NCBI GenBank assembly: GCA_030141605.1
Contig: JAQGDQ010001080.1
Span: 1 to 64,000 of the forward strand
Length of the DNA: 64,000 bases
Direction of reading: 5' to 3'
DNA from: Tubiluchus corallicola
Lineage: Eukaryota > Animalia > Priapulida
Shown: positions 13,097 through 26,500 of the stretch, piece after piece
Numbering within the stretch: position 1 is the first letter of the stretch
How the letters are laid out: every line of letters begins with the position of its first letter
Notes under the pieces: generated by a model
Databases searched by the model: none
What the model saw: the letters and a program-made list of their open reading frames with translations, nothing else
What the model was told of the DNA's origin: nothing
Program-made: the position numbers and the translations under genes

Positions 13097-13511
13097 TCTC
13101 CGCTAGGGTTGCGCTAGGTTTCATTGCCTTTGGCTTCACACCACCAATTTCCATTCCTTGCCTCATTCCTCATTCCATTCCTTGCTAGCACCCGATTGCC
13201 CCGGCCTGAACAGCGCCAAGATTAAGTCCTGAGTCAGTATCAGGCATCCCTAAATCTGGATCCTCCCCTGTATCAGCATCGCGGAATCCATCTTCAGACA
13301 CGCCTGTCTGTTGTAAAACATTTGCTGTCTCCTGCAGTAAAAGAGTTATTAAATTTAATACTATATTTCGTAAAGAGTTACGAAACTGGTTCTCCAATGC
13401 GGTTAACACGGGCACATCCAAGATCAGATTTGCATCCGAACTTCCCTCCACGTGAAACTCGGTGGGACTGGTCACGTTTTCCGTATATGCGTTGATGGGG
13501 TGAAAGTCCAC
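13097..13511 (-). pseudogene. Truncated copy of the region 5' of/at the Gmr1-like gag (paralog 50487-50901)
   Basis: The 108-aa ORF is identical except for one residue to 50575-50901; it is cut off at 13097. Confidence 0.55.
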
Positions 13512-13821
13512 GTAATTGACAGTCCGAAATGGCCACTTGGTGCATCGAGCTGCTATAAGTTATTTACCTTTGCAGGTCACTTGAAACATGTCCTAGTTTG
13601 ATTAGGTCCTGCAAGGAGTTTATAGAAACTGCTTCTGCTTCATCAGGTCTGCTAAGAAATGTGTGTCCTCACTTTGACCGCATGTACTTGAACCCTAATT
13701 GTTTTTACATTGTCGGCATGGTACTAGAGAGTTGCGTATGTTTAAATTTACATTAACGTATGGTATGATATCGTGTGTGTGGCTTGGTGGGAATGGCATG
13801 TTGTGACTGGTGTGGTGTGGC

Positions 13822-13993
13822 GGTTGTGATGGGTGTCCGTCGTATGATGGTGGAGTTGTGATGGGTGTCCATGGTATGGTGGTGGAGTTGTGATGGGTGT
13901 CCATGGTATGGTGGTGGAGTTGTGATGGGTGTCCATAGTATGGTGGTGGAGTTGTGATGGGTGTCCATGGTATGATGGTGGAGTTGCGATGGG
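13822..13993. repeat. 32-bp minisatellite, ~5 copies (identical paralog 51212-51383)
   Basis: Unit GGTGGAGTTGTGATGGGTGTCCATGGTATGGT. Confidence 0.9.
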
Positions 13994-14919
13994 GAAGGCA
14001 GGATGTGGGTCATGTGGTGTAGGTTACATGTTGCCGTTTGGGTGGTGAGGTGGATGTTTTATGATGTGGGTGATATGGTATGGGTGATGTGACGTCGATT
14101 GAGTTGTGAGTGGTGTGTAGGTTGTAGTTGTGGATTTATGTGCAAAAATCTTTTGTGGGGCTTGGCTAGTTACTACCATTTGCGTACTAAAAATAATAAT
14201 TATGAAGTACACAACTTAAGATTTAATAAGTTATATAAACAGGAAGAGGAAAAGCGATATACTTAATTATTCAATGAGTAGTTTGAAAATTTCGAACCAA
14301 CCAAATTGAAATTCAGCACAAAGAGAAGTCTACTAAATCTCAGGATTATTATTATTCTCTAATGTAGCTAATTATTAAACATAATAATTATTGCAATGAA
14401 GACATTGTCCCAACCTGAAGACGTTGTGTTTACAAGAAAAATTCGTTGCTTTTGCTATCATGTATACCTGTTCAACATTCTCCCTTACTGATCGGTACAC
14501 AAGTAGATTATACAAGCTACTCTCTATTTCCCAATTAGCCTATATTTTCTTCAATTTACGTTTTTGTGGCAAGTGTCAAGTAAATGAGAAGAAATGGACT
14601 GTGTGATCAGTACGATTATACGTCGTTCTTTTACATTTAATAGATCTAATGATAATACTATAACATACAAATCTTTGGTTTGCAGAGAGACTAGATAAGT
14701 TTGAATGGCCATAACACTATTAAACAGAATTTTTTGTAAACAAATTGTGGACCGGTTGATGGCCATTACAAATTATGTCTTGCATGAATGATTCGTGATA
14801 TGTGGTTTTCATACTTATGATTTCGAGCATGGTTTTGATTTTTTGTTGGCTTCATTTACCATGCGATCCTGTGGATGGAGGATGTTTCAAACGACAATTC
14901 ACTAATTGGCATAATGCGG

Positions 14920-15567
14920 CTTAGTCACTTCTGACAGTTCAGTAGCTCAATTTACAGGGTTGCCCTTTATAATGAGCCAGACTTCATCACATAACAATCT
15001 CTGAAACATTTTATGACACATTTATTTCAACATCAAAATTATGTTTTCAATATACTATAATTTCAGAAACAAATAATTGTGTAGCATTGCTTGAACGATT
15101 AAGTTTATAGCTCAGATCTTGTGAAAGAAGAAATATCAGATTGTGTAAACATGGATTCATCATCCTAGAAACTTTGAACAAGTTCAGAGATTTCACCAAT
15201 ATTTAACTGTTCAACACAAAAAGCTTTCAAATCTAAATTGCAACAATATTTGTCTTAGACGAATCGTTGTTTTTGTTAAGATCAGAAAAACTTTTGTATT
15301 TTACTTTAAAAATTTGTAAGTTCGCCCGGGGGCCAGAGAAGGTATTAAGAAGATACAGTAGAGTGTTTACACACTTGAATTTTAAAAGGTTGCATTCCAC
15401 ACCTGAGAGAGAGAGAGTTAAGCAAATAATGCAGAGTGTTTACACACTTAAATTTCAAAGTCTGCATTCTGCACCTGAGAGAGAGAGAGAGAGTTAAGTA
15501 AATAGAGCAGAGTGTTTAAACACTTGAATTTCAAAGTCTGCATTCTGCACCTGGGAAAGAGTTAAGA
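14920..15567 (+). mobile_element. Non-autonomous TTAA-terminated (piggyBac-like) repeat with three tandem terminal modules
   Basis: Body shared with 37070-37452, 52300-52775, 53220-53440 and inverted 44931-45320. Ends are GGGAAAGAG|TTAA (reverse: TTAA|C(T/C)CTTTCC). Confidence 0.6.
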
Positions 15568-17194
15568 AATTACAAAAGAGTAATTATGGACAGGATGAAC
15601 CACTAGGCTGCTGCAATCCAGTAAAATTATCAAAAGCTTTTCTACAAAGGACTGTGATTCATTACCACTCCTCATGCTCAACAGAACCCTGCAAAGAGAG
15701 TAGGGGTTCTTTTCGCTCTTTCTTGAAAGCTTTTGCTAAAAATCAAGATGGTTCGATACCCTTATTATTGAACTGTTCGTTAAACCTGCCAACTTTTTTA
15801 TTGCAACTAGTTAAGACAAGCTTTCTATTCTGATGTAGTAGACATCAACAGCCATGTCATTAACATTATTAACTTGAACGACGGTAGTAATTTTCAAATT
15901 CAGGTTTAATATTGACTTTAAACGTGTCTAAATGGCTTTTTCTGTGCTCTTAACAAAATTTTCTCACATCGTAAAATTGCTCTTACAAAATGCTCTTACA
16001 AAAATTTTTGAAAACTGACCATATAAAGGCGTCAATGAAAAAATAATACCTTAATTAGTGATTATCTGTTACTTCGATCTGTGCTAAAGTGTAAAAGTTT
16101 CTACTAATAAGGAAAAAAACATCTAAACTCTTTCTGATAAAAGAGTAAAAATACATTCAGTAATATTTTAATACTGAATTATTGACTTTTGTGCGATAAT
16201 TCTTATTTTAGTTACTAATGTGACTAAAATTCAAAGATATTTCAATGAAAATGTATTATATAGGACTATTTATAGTTTACTCTTTGTTTTGCGACATTCA
16301 AATTTGTTCGTAAGTTTTTCAATTATTAAATTTACATTCCTGGAAAAATGTATAAAAAATCCACTTGCAATACATTCAATGCAATACAATCACTCTTTGT
16401 TAATTATTTCAGCTTCCCTAAACCTATCCCACAGGGCAGGACGCTTCTACTATAGATTTTACTTAAAGTATTTTTTCTAAAAATTTTACTGGAAAGATTT
16501 TAGATGTTTCCTCTCCTTTTAGCAAACTGTTTCACATTTTAGGTCTTACCGAATTTGCAACGTAATTATTACTTGAGGTAGTAATTTTTCTGTCATGTGT
16601 AAGTATTGCGCAGTTCTCAAAAACATGGTAGCAGCGGAACGTTGAAGTGTGATATATGTGATGTATGTACAATTATGTGGTAACTGAACTGCATAGGAGT
16701 GATCTCGCTCTATAATAGGTGTTACAGATACAGATACAGTTATAATACAGTGTTATGCTGTAAGGATAGCACAATTATAATGGTTATCGCAACAGCACAG
16801 TTAGCGTTCCAAGCCTTACTAATCAGAAGTATAAAAATTAATTATTTAAAATAAAACTGATATCTAGCGTTAGATGAAAGACTAACTAGCGTTAGTTAGA
16901 TAAAAAAGCATAGATTTGTGCCGACAGCAATCTGAGTATCATGACGTAGTCTTTAAAATTATAATCACATATTTCTCACTGCCTTGTGTCTCCGCCTGTG
17001 TTTGAAATGTTATGCTGAACATGATTATATTCTACAATTCAAAAGAGATTCAGAAAGGGATGACTGCTTTGAAAACGGAAATAATGCCGGCAAAAAACAA
17101 ATGAGAGAGGTAATGGGCACCTGCCTGTGAGCCCGCTCTTAATGTCTGTGGAGCAATTTTACAGTATTTCAAGGCTGCAGAGAGAGTCGGTCTT

Positions 17195-17440
17195 AGTGCA
17201 GTTGGCTACGGTGGCAGAATTGTAAATACAGGCCCTGATGGGGCGTAGTTGAATCTATGGAAAAGAAATTGGAACAATATTGCTACATTTTAACGAATTG
17301 CCGTTCCGCCACATTTTGCAGCATTGGATGGAGCTACAGAGGGTCACAGCTCATTCACTGGTGCAATAGGAAAAGCTTTGTAAAACTGCCATATGTTGAA
17401 CCTAGTAAATTTTCAACCAATACCAGGAGATTTCCTTGCA
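17195..17440 (+). pseudogene. hAT-superfamily (hATm-like) transposase relic
   Basis: Manual translation across frameshifts: AVGYGGRIVNTGPDG...ILLHFNELPFRHILQH/LDGATEGHSSFTGAIGKAL*NC. This matches the hATm-type AIGCDGTxVNTG...LLHxNELPLRH..LDGxTxGPxxFSGxIGKxL pattern. Confidence 0.8.
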
Positions 17441-17936
17441 ATTGAATATCACATACTGAAAGATTTATGTACCAATCACAACAACTGCATTTATTTACTG
17501 ACAACCACACTTACTTAATGACAATCATTGCAACTGCACTTGTTTGCTGACATTATACTGAAAATTATATACTCAAAATCAAGAATTGCACTTCACCAAA
17601 GACTTTATAATAACGCACACAATTGACAATCATAATAGCACGATTGGACAGTAAATGGTATGCAGTAAAAGTCTAGCCTTGAGTCGCGCATATGAATGTT
17701 AGATTGCATGACATTAATTACAGCTGTTGTTAAAGCTCCGCGCAAAATTTTCACGCACCCGAAAAGTTCGTTTAGCGCAGTTTATTCACTATTTACGTTT
17801 TTGTTCTTTCTTCTAGTGAAAGTCGTACATCTTAATGTCATTATTCTTCTTCCCAGGAAGCATTTGCAGAAATTAACTATATATGATTATTACAAAATAA
17901 AAATAATTCTGCAGCTGAGAAATACTCAACAGATTT

Positions 17937-18139
17937 TTAACCCTTTCACTTAGTAGTTGCTTTTTAACTGTGCCGCACAGAATTTTATGCAATGGATGAT
18001 GACAGCTTGTGGTGTGTTACTAAAACAGAATCTTGTAAATAAACAAACATTGTAGTGGTTTATTATAAACGTTATTATTGAATATTAGTTCTATTTGTAC
18101 ATGTGTGAACATAACAGCATCCACCCACATATATAAATG

Positions 18140-18219
<80 letters not shown>

Positions 18220-18925
18220 CACAGATGTCTACTGTATTTCATTATGATAACATTAAGAAAGCATTACTACACTCTTCATTGCCTTCTTGCCGCACCCACC
18301 ACTAACAACTGGGTTCTTGTCATTTAGATTCAAACCTAGGCAGTCGAAGGTTCTTTGCCTCTTGCGATAAGCCCTTCCTGTTTGTATTTACACTTCCAGT
18401 AAAGTCGAGATGTTTTCCGGAAGATACTTTGCAAGATTTACAGACGTATAATAGCGATCTGTAAAAACATGATGGAATTCCACCAAAGGACTGCAAAGAT
18501 GGACAACAACTTTAGTCATCGAGAATTCTGCCGAAATATTTCCAGCGTATTCTGTATCCCACCAAAATATGGAATTCTGAACAACATAAAGAAAAAAAAA
18601 TCTTAATATCCGCTTGGATTATATTGGAGAAACTTTGTCCTGCCTTTGAACCGGCCACCACTCTCGTCACAAGACACATTCTCATTTGGACAATAACCTG
18701 AAATATCCAAAAGTTGAAAAAATGTTTTATTTTGTTCGGCCCAGCTGCACCAACAGTGCTGACATGCATCATGCTGTGGAATAAAACTTCAAATCTGTCC
18801 CGGCTCATCGTTTTTGAGAACCACGGCTGACAGCTTTCATGGTCTCGTCTCCAGTAATCTTTTATCCCTGGACCAATGTTAAAAAGCATCTCTTCCATGT
18901 CAGTATTTTTGCAAATTTGCAAAGA
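17937..18925 (-). mobile_element. piggyBac transposon relic (transposase pseudogene plus probable 3' terminus)
   Basis: IKDYW...FSKTMSRDRFEVL; ENVSCDESGGRFKGRTKFLQYNPS (first catalytic D, ~18612-18683); HVFTDRYYTSVNLAKYL (second D, 18421-18480); TNRKGL. TTAA|CCCTTTC terminus at 17937. Confidence 0.88.
18139..18222. repeat. (CA)n/(CGCA)n compound microsatellite
   Basis: Direct reading. Confidence 0.95.
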
Positions 18926-19679
18926 GAGGCCCAGCTCTGCGAGGTGGCCTATTTATACAGGTGCATGCCCACGAGCTTGAGCAAGTCTGCGTGTGTCTGG
19001 TCTTGCCACGATGGCTTTGATGCTGATTGGGCTTTGGCTGGACAAATTCCTTGTTAAAATGCAAAAAATAAAACGCTATAGCATTCATGACTAGCATGCA
19101 GTTCCAATTGTTTTGTTTTTTTTTGAAAAGACAAGAAAAGTAATAATAACAATAGTTAATCATTGCTCATATGAATAATTATCGTCATTAACAATCATTG
19201 CGCAAAAATAGACTGGCCAACAGCATATTGTGAAAGTTCTTGTAGCATTAATTGAAAACATCGCCAGCAATACAAGCTGCAAAAGTGAGGGTCTTGGTAA
19301 CAAAAATTATTTTCTTGTAAAACAAGTCCGAACTTGTAACACATTCAATGACTGTTTTTCGATCACGCCAATCTTTACTATGATACCATCACCAAGTAAA
19401 CTGCGTAAAAGTTTTTGTATGCTGACGCTGCTTCACATTCCGGACTATATCTGTAACAATCAATCGACTTTTACAGCAGCTACTGATTTCTGATAGTCAT
19501 TAATCAAAGCACTGCAGATACCTAACGCTGTGGAAAGCAGACAGAAAAAGGAAGAGGAAAAGCAAGAGATAAAGGAAGAGGAGTAGATAGAGGAAAACAA
19601 TAGGAGGACAGAGGGGTAAAAAGAAAAGAATAAGAAAAATATAAAAATGTGAGGCGGGGAGAAGAGGAAAAGCTAATAG

Positions 19680-20500
19680 GTCTCCCACCTTCAGTTCTCC
19701 CTAATAGCTCTGTCACCTTCAGTCCTCCCTAATAGCTCTCTCACCTTCAGTCCTTCCTAATAGCTCTCCCATCTTCAGTCCTTCCTAACAGCTCTCCCAT
19801 CTTCAGTCCTTCCCAATAGCTCTCTCACCTTCAGTCATTCCTAATAGCTCTCCCATCTTCAGTCGTTCCTAATAGCTCTCTCACCTTCAATCCTTCCCAA
19901 TAGCTCTCTCACCTTCAGTCATTCCTAATAGCTCTCCCATCTTCAGTCGTTCCTAATAGTTCTCTCACCTTCAATCCTTCCTAATTGCTCTCTCACCTTC
20001 GGTAATTCCTAATAGCTCTCCCTCCTTTAGTCATTCCTAATAGCTCTCCCATCTTCAGTCGTTCCTAATAGCTCTCTCACCTTCAATCCTTCCTAATTGC
20101 TCTCTCACCTTCGGTCATTCCTAATAGCTCTCCCTCCTTTAGTCATTCCTAATAGCTCTCCCATCTTCAGTCGTTTCTAATAGCTCTCTCACCTTCAGTC
20201 CTTCCTAATTGCTCTCTCACCTTCAGTCATTCCTAATAGCTCTCCCTCCTTTAGTCATTCCTAATAGCTCTCCCATCTTCAGTCGTTCCTAATAGCTCTC
20301 TCACCTTCAATCCTTCCTAATTGCTCTCTCACCTTCAGTCCTTCCTAATAGCTCTTCCACCTTCATTACTTCCTAATACCTCTCCCATCTTCAGTCCTTC
20401 CTAATAGCTCTCCCACCTTCAGTCCTTCCTAATAGCTCGGTCACCTTCAGTCATTCCTAATAACTCTCCCACCTTCTGTCCTTCCTAAGAGTTCTCCCAC
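19680..20500. repeat. 28-bp pyrimidine-rich minisatellite, ~29 copies, with 4-unit (112-bp) higher-order structure
   Basis: Consensus CTCTCCCACCTTCAGTCCTTCCTAATAG; variant order repeats every 4 units from ~19932 to ~20350. Confidence 0.95.
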
Positions 20501-23500
20501 TTTTCTATATTTTCTGCCTTCAAAATTAGAAACGTCAAAACTATAATTAATTTTCATAGGAAAAGTAGGATGATGTAACGTTCATTCAAGTTTCAATGTG
20601 TTCATAGCAGTGATGACGTGTTGGTAAATTTTCTGTGTAACCCAGATTTGATGCCAAAGACGTATGTGTATTTTGTTTAACTTTATTTAGTTATTCTGTG
20701 AAAGTGTCTGTTTAATTTCATTTAATCGTAATTAACCTTTTGATAAGAAATGAATTAGTTTATTAAAAAAACATTTCCTTCCAGATAAAATGCATCATTT
20801 GGGAAATGGCGTCTCAATGCATTTCAAATATGAAGTAAAACGATGAAAGGGCATGTGCCTTGATGATCATTATTTTTTCATTATGCAATTTTTTTACTCG
20901 ATTATAACAATATATTCATAACTTTTCAACTTATTTACTGTTTTCTGTAGGACTATCGCCTAGGTTTACCACATTACCAAAGGAGGTGGCCACCAACAGG
21001 AAAAGTAACACGCACGGAAAAGTCTGTTAATGAAGGATGAATGCTCCTCTACATGTTAAGTTCTGCTACGTCCATCTACAGATTACACTTTGAAAGATGG
21101 TACTATGTTTAACTAGGGGACTGCTGTTTGTAAAGTTCCAAAAGTAGAACATTTTAGATAGCTTTCTTTTGCTATGACCAAGTATACAGAAACAATGAGT
21201 AATAGTACAAAACAATTTATTATGTACAACAAGCAATTGCGTGTCTATTATACCAGTGGCCACAGTTTAAAGATATACAACACATACTTTGTGAACAGTG
21301 CTGAACAACAAACTAGTTTTGTCTTATTATGCAAAGCATAAAGTCCCATACAAATTAAAAGTCCCTTATAAAGATTGCCATTACAAGCTTTCACATTTAC
21401 ACATACTTACAGATGTTTTACTCAATCTCACGTGAAATAAACTAATCACTGAAGCAACAGTGTAACTCAGTGTTTCTTGCAGGCCTTTTAAAATCAATTT
21501 ATCTTTTATCAAATTTTCCACCTTCTTTTGCCTTTATCACCATAAATCACAATCATCAGTTTTCTGTTATTTATAGTGGCACTGCGTAAGGATTGTTTGC
21601 TCTCAAGATGGACATAATTATGCTGATTTCAGCCCGTCTCAAAAAGTTTTGGACTTTTGCTCAATTCCCTGGCCTATCAATATGTGGTATAATCTTTAAT
21701 TCAATTCAATGCCCTGTATACATACTCAACATAATCATCTGTCTCACAAAGTCTGTTATATTTGAGTCAACTGATTTTTTGCAACATTTCACATGATTCA
21801 CAGATCTATTGAAAGAAAAAGACTAATTTTAATAGCCGTGTCGTAATTGTGGTTTCCTAGACGTTTCCAGCATTGCAGCGAGACACAGTAGGCAGAATAG
21901 GTTAAATGTTTCGGGATTTAAAGTGACTTTTAGCCACATGAACTTCTTGAAGCTCCACTGAAGATCACCGACAATAACCTTTAAATAAACAAATTGGCAA
22001 TTTAAAAAATAAAATCTTTTTCAACTTAAATCATTTCAGTTTTGTCATTATAATACCTGTGCAGGTGTGCTAATATCTGGACTGTTACTAAGGGTGTTGT
22101 CAAATATTGTTCCCTCAGCTGTATATAATTTTAATAATTAATAATTAAGTAATAATTTAAAAAACATTGTCTGTCTATTGTAGATTCTCTGTCGAGTATA
22201 ACAACGCGTTGCCTTAGTTTCCAAACTGTCAATTAAAACTCTGCTTAAAACACCTAAAGTGTGAATAAAAATATAAAATTCTGATTTCGTAAAGTTTGCA
22301 ATTTAAAACGAAAATGCTCTTTTACTAGTAACTTTTTCATTTCGTTTGACATGGAATTAGACATTTTTATTTTATCACGTACACAATTTATAGAGTAAAC
22401 ACAATAATTAGAAGCAATATAATTAGAAGAAAAAATATGTCACTGAAGGTGTAGGAGAAAGGGTAGCAAGGGATCGGCAAACAAGCTACCCTTTTCGGAT
22501 AAAGTTAATGAAACATTTAAGACACTGCAAACCTTAACAGGGAAATAATTAATAAGTGATAATTAAAAAATATGACAACAGAGCCTACATTGAAAATATA
22601 ATAATATAAAACAAATTTCTAAGAATATAAGCAAGTAAAGAAAAAATAAAGAAAGGATAATTCAGCTTTGTTTCAAGAGCAACATGGAGAGAAGCAATTA
22701 ATGAAAATGATTAAAATAAGCAAGAACAATAAGGACAATATGTAAGCAAATATAAAAGAAATAAACAAACCAAGCAAAAACAGCATGATTATACAACAGT
22801 TTAAGAACTGTGTTTTTATTTGAAAAGAAAAACAAAATAAAAACACAGTGCAATGCAAAACAAAGTTAAAAGAAAATTATAATCGTATATTATATGCAAC
22901 TGGCGAGGCTACAGCTCCAACAAAGGCACCATTTTCAACGGTTTATACATTAAATGAAAGGTTAGGACCCACTGATTTGCAATTGGGGTTTTGTTTTTCG
23001 AATCGGTCCCACCGTGAGGAACGGGTGGCGAAAAACGACCTTTCTGACCGTTTTTCCCAAAAATTGCAAAGTTATACCTCTTATTTCTAGAGAATGGGAA
23101 CGTTCCATGGAACGTTGGCAGTGCCAGCAACGGTCAATTCAATGGTGTGTGGTACAGTCGCGGGAGGGCCACGACATCCCGTGACAGGCGTCTTCCTGAA
23201 CACAACCACGCAAATTTTGCGGAAAACGGATCAAGCAACCTATAGGAAAACTTAATTTGTGCAAAAGTTTGGGCGCACTAGCAAAAAGAGGACAAAACGG
23301 TCCTTAATATGTTGGAGGTGTTTTTGGTAGAGATGTCCACTAGACGAAACGAGAAGGATGTATTTCAAAGTTCTTTTTTAAACCGCTAAGCTGCATGCTA
23401 TTAGGAACATCCATTGTCCTTAAGTTTGATAAATTCCGCGGTTGTTCCAAGCATTCTCTTCACCGTCTTCTAAAGTGTTATAGATTTTACGTGTAAGTTC

Positions 23501-26500
23501 TGTTTGCCTATTATCATCTGAGGAGCAATAAACAAAAACTATGTTACATGTATGTGCATTATTAATCATTGGTAGACAGATGTATTAGCATCTATTATAG
23601 CACACTGTTTTGACTTTGTGCAAAATGTTTTGAATGGTTTCATTGTGATGTTGTGCTGATGGTGTTGGAGCTGGAGGTGTCGTCATCGTTGTCATCATCA
23701 TCACCATATGATGTGGTCGGTGTATTTTAGTGTGCTGTGGATGGTGTGGGTGGGTCGTAGGGTGGGTCGTAGGGTGGGTGTGGTGTTGGTGGGTGTGGTG
23801 TGGTGTGGTGGCTGCAGTGCAGTTTGGTCTGGGTGGTGTGGTGTGTTATTTATGCTGTGGTGTTTGTGAATGTGGTGGTGTGGAATGGTATGGTGTGTGT
23901 CATGCATTACGAATGGAGCGGTGGTTTGGTGATGTAACGAATCTAAATAGATAATAATTGATTTTACTTTATCATTGATTGCGTCAGTTAACCAGCCACT
24001 TATTATTTAAGCAGTTAGTCAATTAGTGAATAATTATTTTCTTGAGTAAGTGAGGGAAGAAATAAAGAGGAAACAAAAAAATTAAGAGAACAAATATCTC
24101 GTATAAGTAAACAAAAGCTTACAGACAAGTGAACAAGTTTAACTGTCTGAGAGAGTGATATGATATGATACGATTATTTTATTGCAAACCACGGTTCAGT
24201 TTGCAAAATACATTTACAATAAGATTGCTAGAAAATAAAAAAATGAAAATTAAATGCTAAATCACAGTTTAAAATGCACTAATAATGAATAAGTGTTTGA
24301 GTAATTAATTGATTGGAAGAATAACAGACTTAATTACAGTTTCACCAAAAGATAAACTCACTGATTGACTGAATGACCAACTAACTACTCAACTAGAAAT
24401 GAATTTAACTAATTAGCGAACTAATTAACCAATCTACCAACCAAGGTCCCAATTGATGGATTTAGTTAGCGACTTGACACAAAAAAATAAAACAAGCTGC
24501 AAACCCGCCATTTTGCAAACCTGCTAAACCTGCCATACCCGCCATACTGCCAAACCTGTCATACCCGCCATACTGCCAAACCTGTCATACACGCCATACT
24601 GTCAAACTTGTCAAATCTGACATACTGCCAAACAAGCTAAACCTGCCATGCCCAAAATTCTGACAAACCAGCCAAACCTGCCATACCACCAAGCTTGTCA
24701 TACCAAGAAGTTAAAACTGAATGATTGACTAACTATATATATATATAATATAAAATTATCTTTATTTGCCATTAAAATACATTGATAATCAATGAATAAA
24801 AACTTTACAGAGATGATCAATCAGTGTTAGTTAATAAAGCCTTACACTGCTAAAGGCAAATGCGTCAGTGCAATCTAAACTGCTGTGCAGTAATGGAAAG
24901 AAACAAAAATGAAAAAATGTGATTTAATTAATTATTTCATGATTTAATTATGAATTAATTAATTAATTAGTACAGGCGACCAACTGGCTAGCTTAGTTAA
25001 CTAACTAATTAACAATCTGCACACAGTCAACTTTTTTGTACAGTACGAAGCCTCAAAGCATTGTATGTTCTCTGCTTTGCTGATTGTGCCGGTTTCCGAA
25101 AGAGAAAAGAAATACAAAACAATGCCAATAGAGTACGCCACATACTGGCACACACAGACGCTGCAAAATGGCGGAAGCTCTTTCTAACTTTTCAGTAAGT
25201 TTACATAAAATTACGAAGTTTTGATTTTTTTCTTTGTTTTTGTTAATACTTGCTAGACTGTGGCACGCAGTAGAAGATAAAAATACCGTTCTTTGCTAGA
25301 CCCCAAATAAAAATATTTCACGAAAACTTTCATTAGATTTTTAAAGTTGTTTTTTTTTAATAGGAGGTATGTTTCAACTTTTTTGCGTCAGCGTGTAGAT
25401 AAAGGATGTATCTTACTATTTAATCCCTGCTTTCAGTGGTATTTCTAATTTGGGCGACCCGAATTCCCTAAACTGTAATCAGGCCATACAGGCGACCAAA
25501 CAATATTATCGTGTCATGATAGATCACAGCCCTACAGGTCCCATTTATATAAAATAAAGTGACTGATTTAAAATGATTGCACATAAGATCAACACTTACG
25601 CTAAAACACAGGCAGGACAGTTATAAAGATAGAATTAGCTTGCTGATGCCTGACATAAACTTTGCAAAGCAAATTCATACTCCAAACCATATTCTAGGCA
25701 AATCACGTCGATGACATCACGAGGTGGCGCGTATTTTTAAAAATCAAGATGGTGAAACGCAGTTTGTTTTTGGTAAGAAATTTCGAAGTTAAATTGCTGC
25801 TTTCAACCTAACGAAGCTTTAAATTCAACAAACAGAATGGCACTTTTTCACTTTTACTGAACGAACGTTAATTTAAAACTTGCTTTATGAAGTGCCACCA
25901 TTCCATTTTTAAATCACCTTGCAGCCACAATCTACTTATTAGACAAAATAGAAGACTAAAGCGTGATCACTTCTGTGTTTGAGTGCAAAGAATAAATTGT
26001 TTCATACAGAAACCAAAATTTTCACTTTTCTAACAAAATCACACATTTTGCACTTAAAATCAATATTACACTTCACTAAAAAGTCTTCTGTTTTTCCTGG
26101 AGCACTGTTCACGCTTATAGCAAGACTGCACAGTAAATGATTTGCTTGAGTTGTCTCGTCTTCACGCATCTGAAAGTTACGCCTATAAACTGACGTGTTG
26201 GAGTTGATCACCATGACAGCTTTTTAACTCCGCCTCAAATTCTTGAGCACTAGAAATATGGCGCCAATAATGTTTGTTTGAACATTTTTAATAGATGCAA
26301 AGTTCCTTCAGTTTTTAAGGGCAAGTACTTTTCCTCCTTTTAAGAACTCACAGAAATCGAAATAAACTTCAAAAAATTGTTATTGCAGGATAATATGACC
26401 TGCTTAATCGTTGTTACAGTTATGGGCAAAATAAAAGACCTGCTTTGTTTGTTGAGCTTAAAGTATGTCAACTGAACTTGTGTCCTATGTCATAGAATTT

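Noticed and set aside
19680-20500. CRISPR-like 28-bp repeats or a coding repeat
   Set aside because: Head-to-tail units without spacers; unit length is not a multiple of 3 and contains stops.
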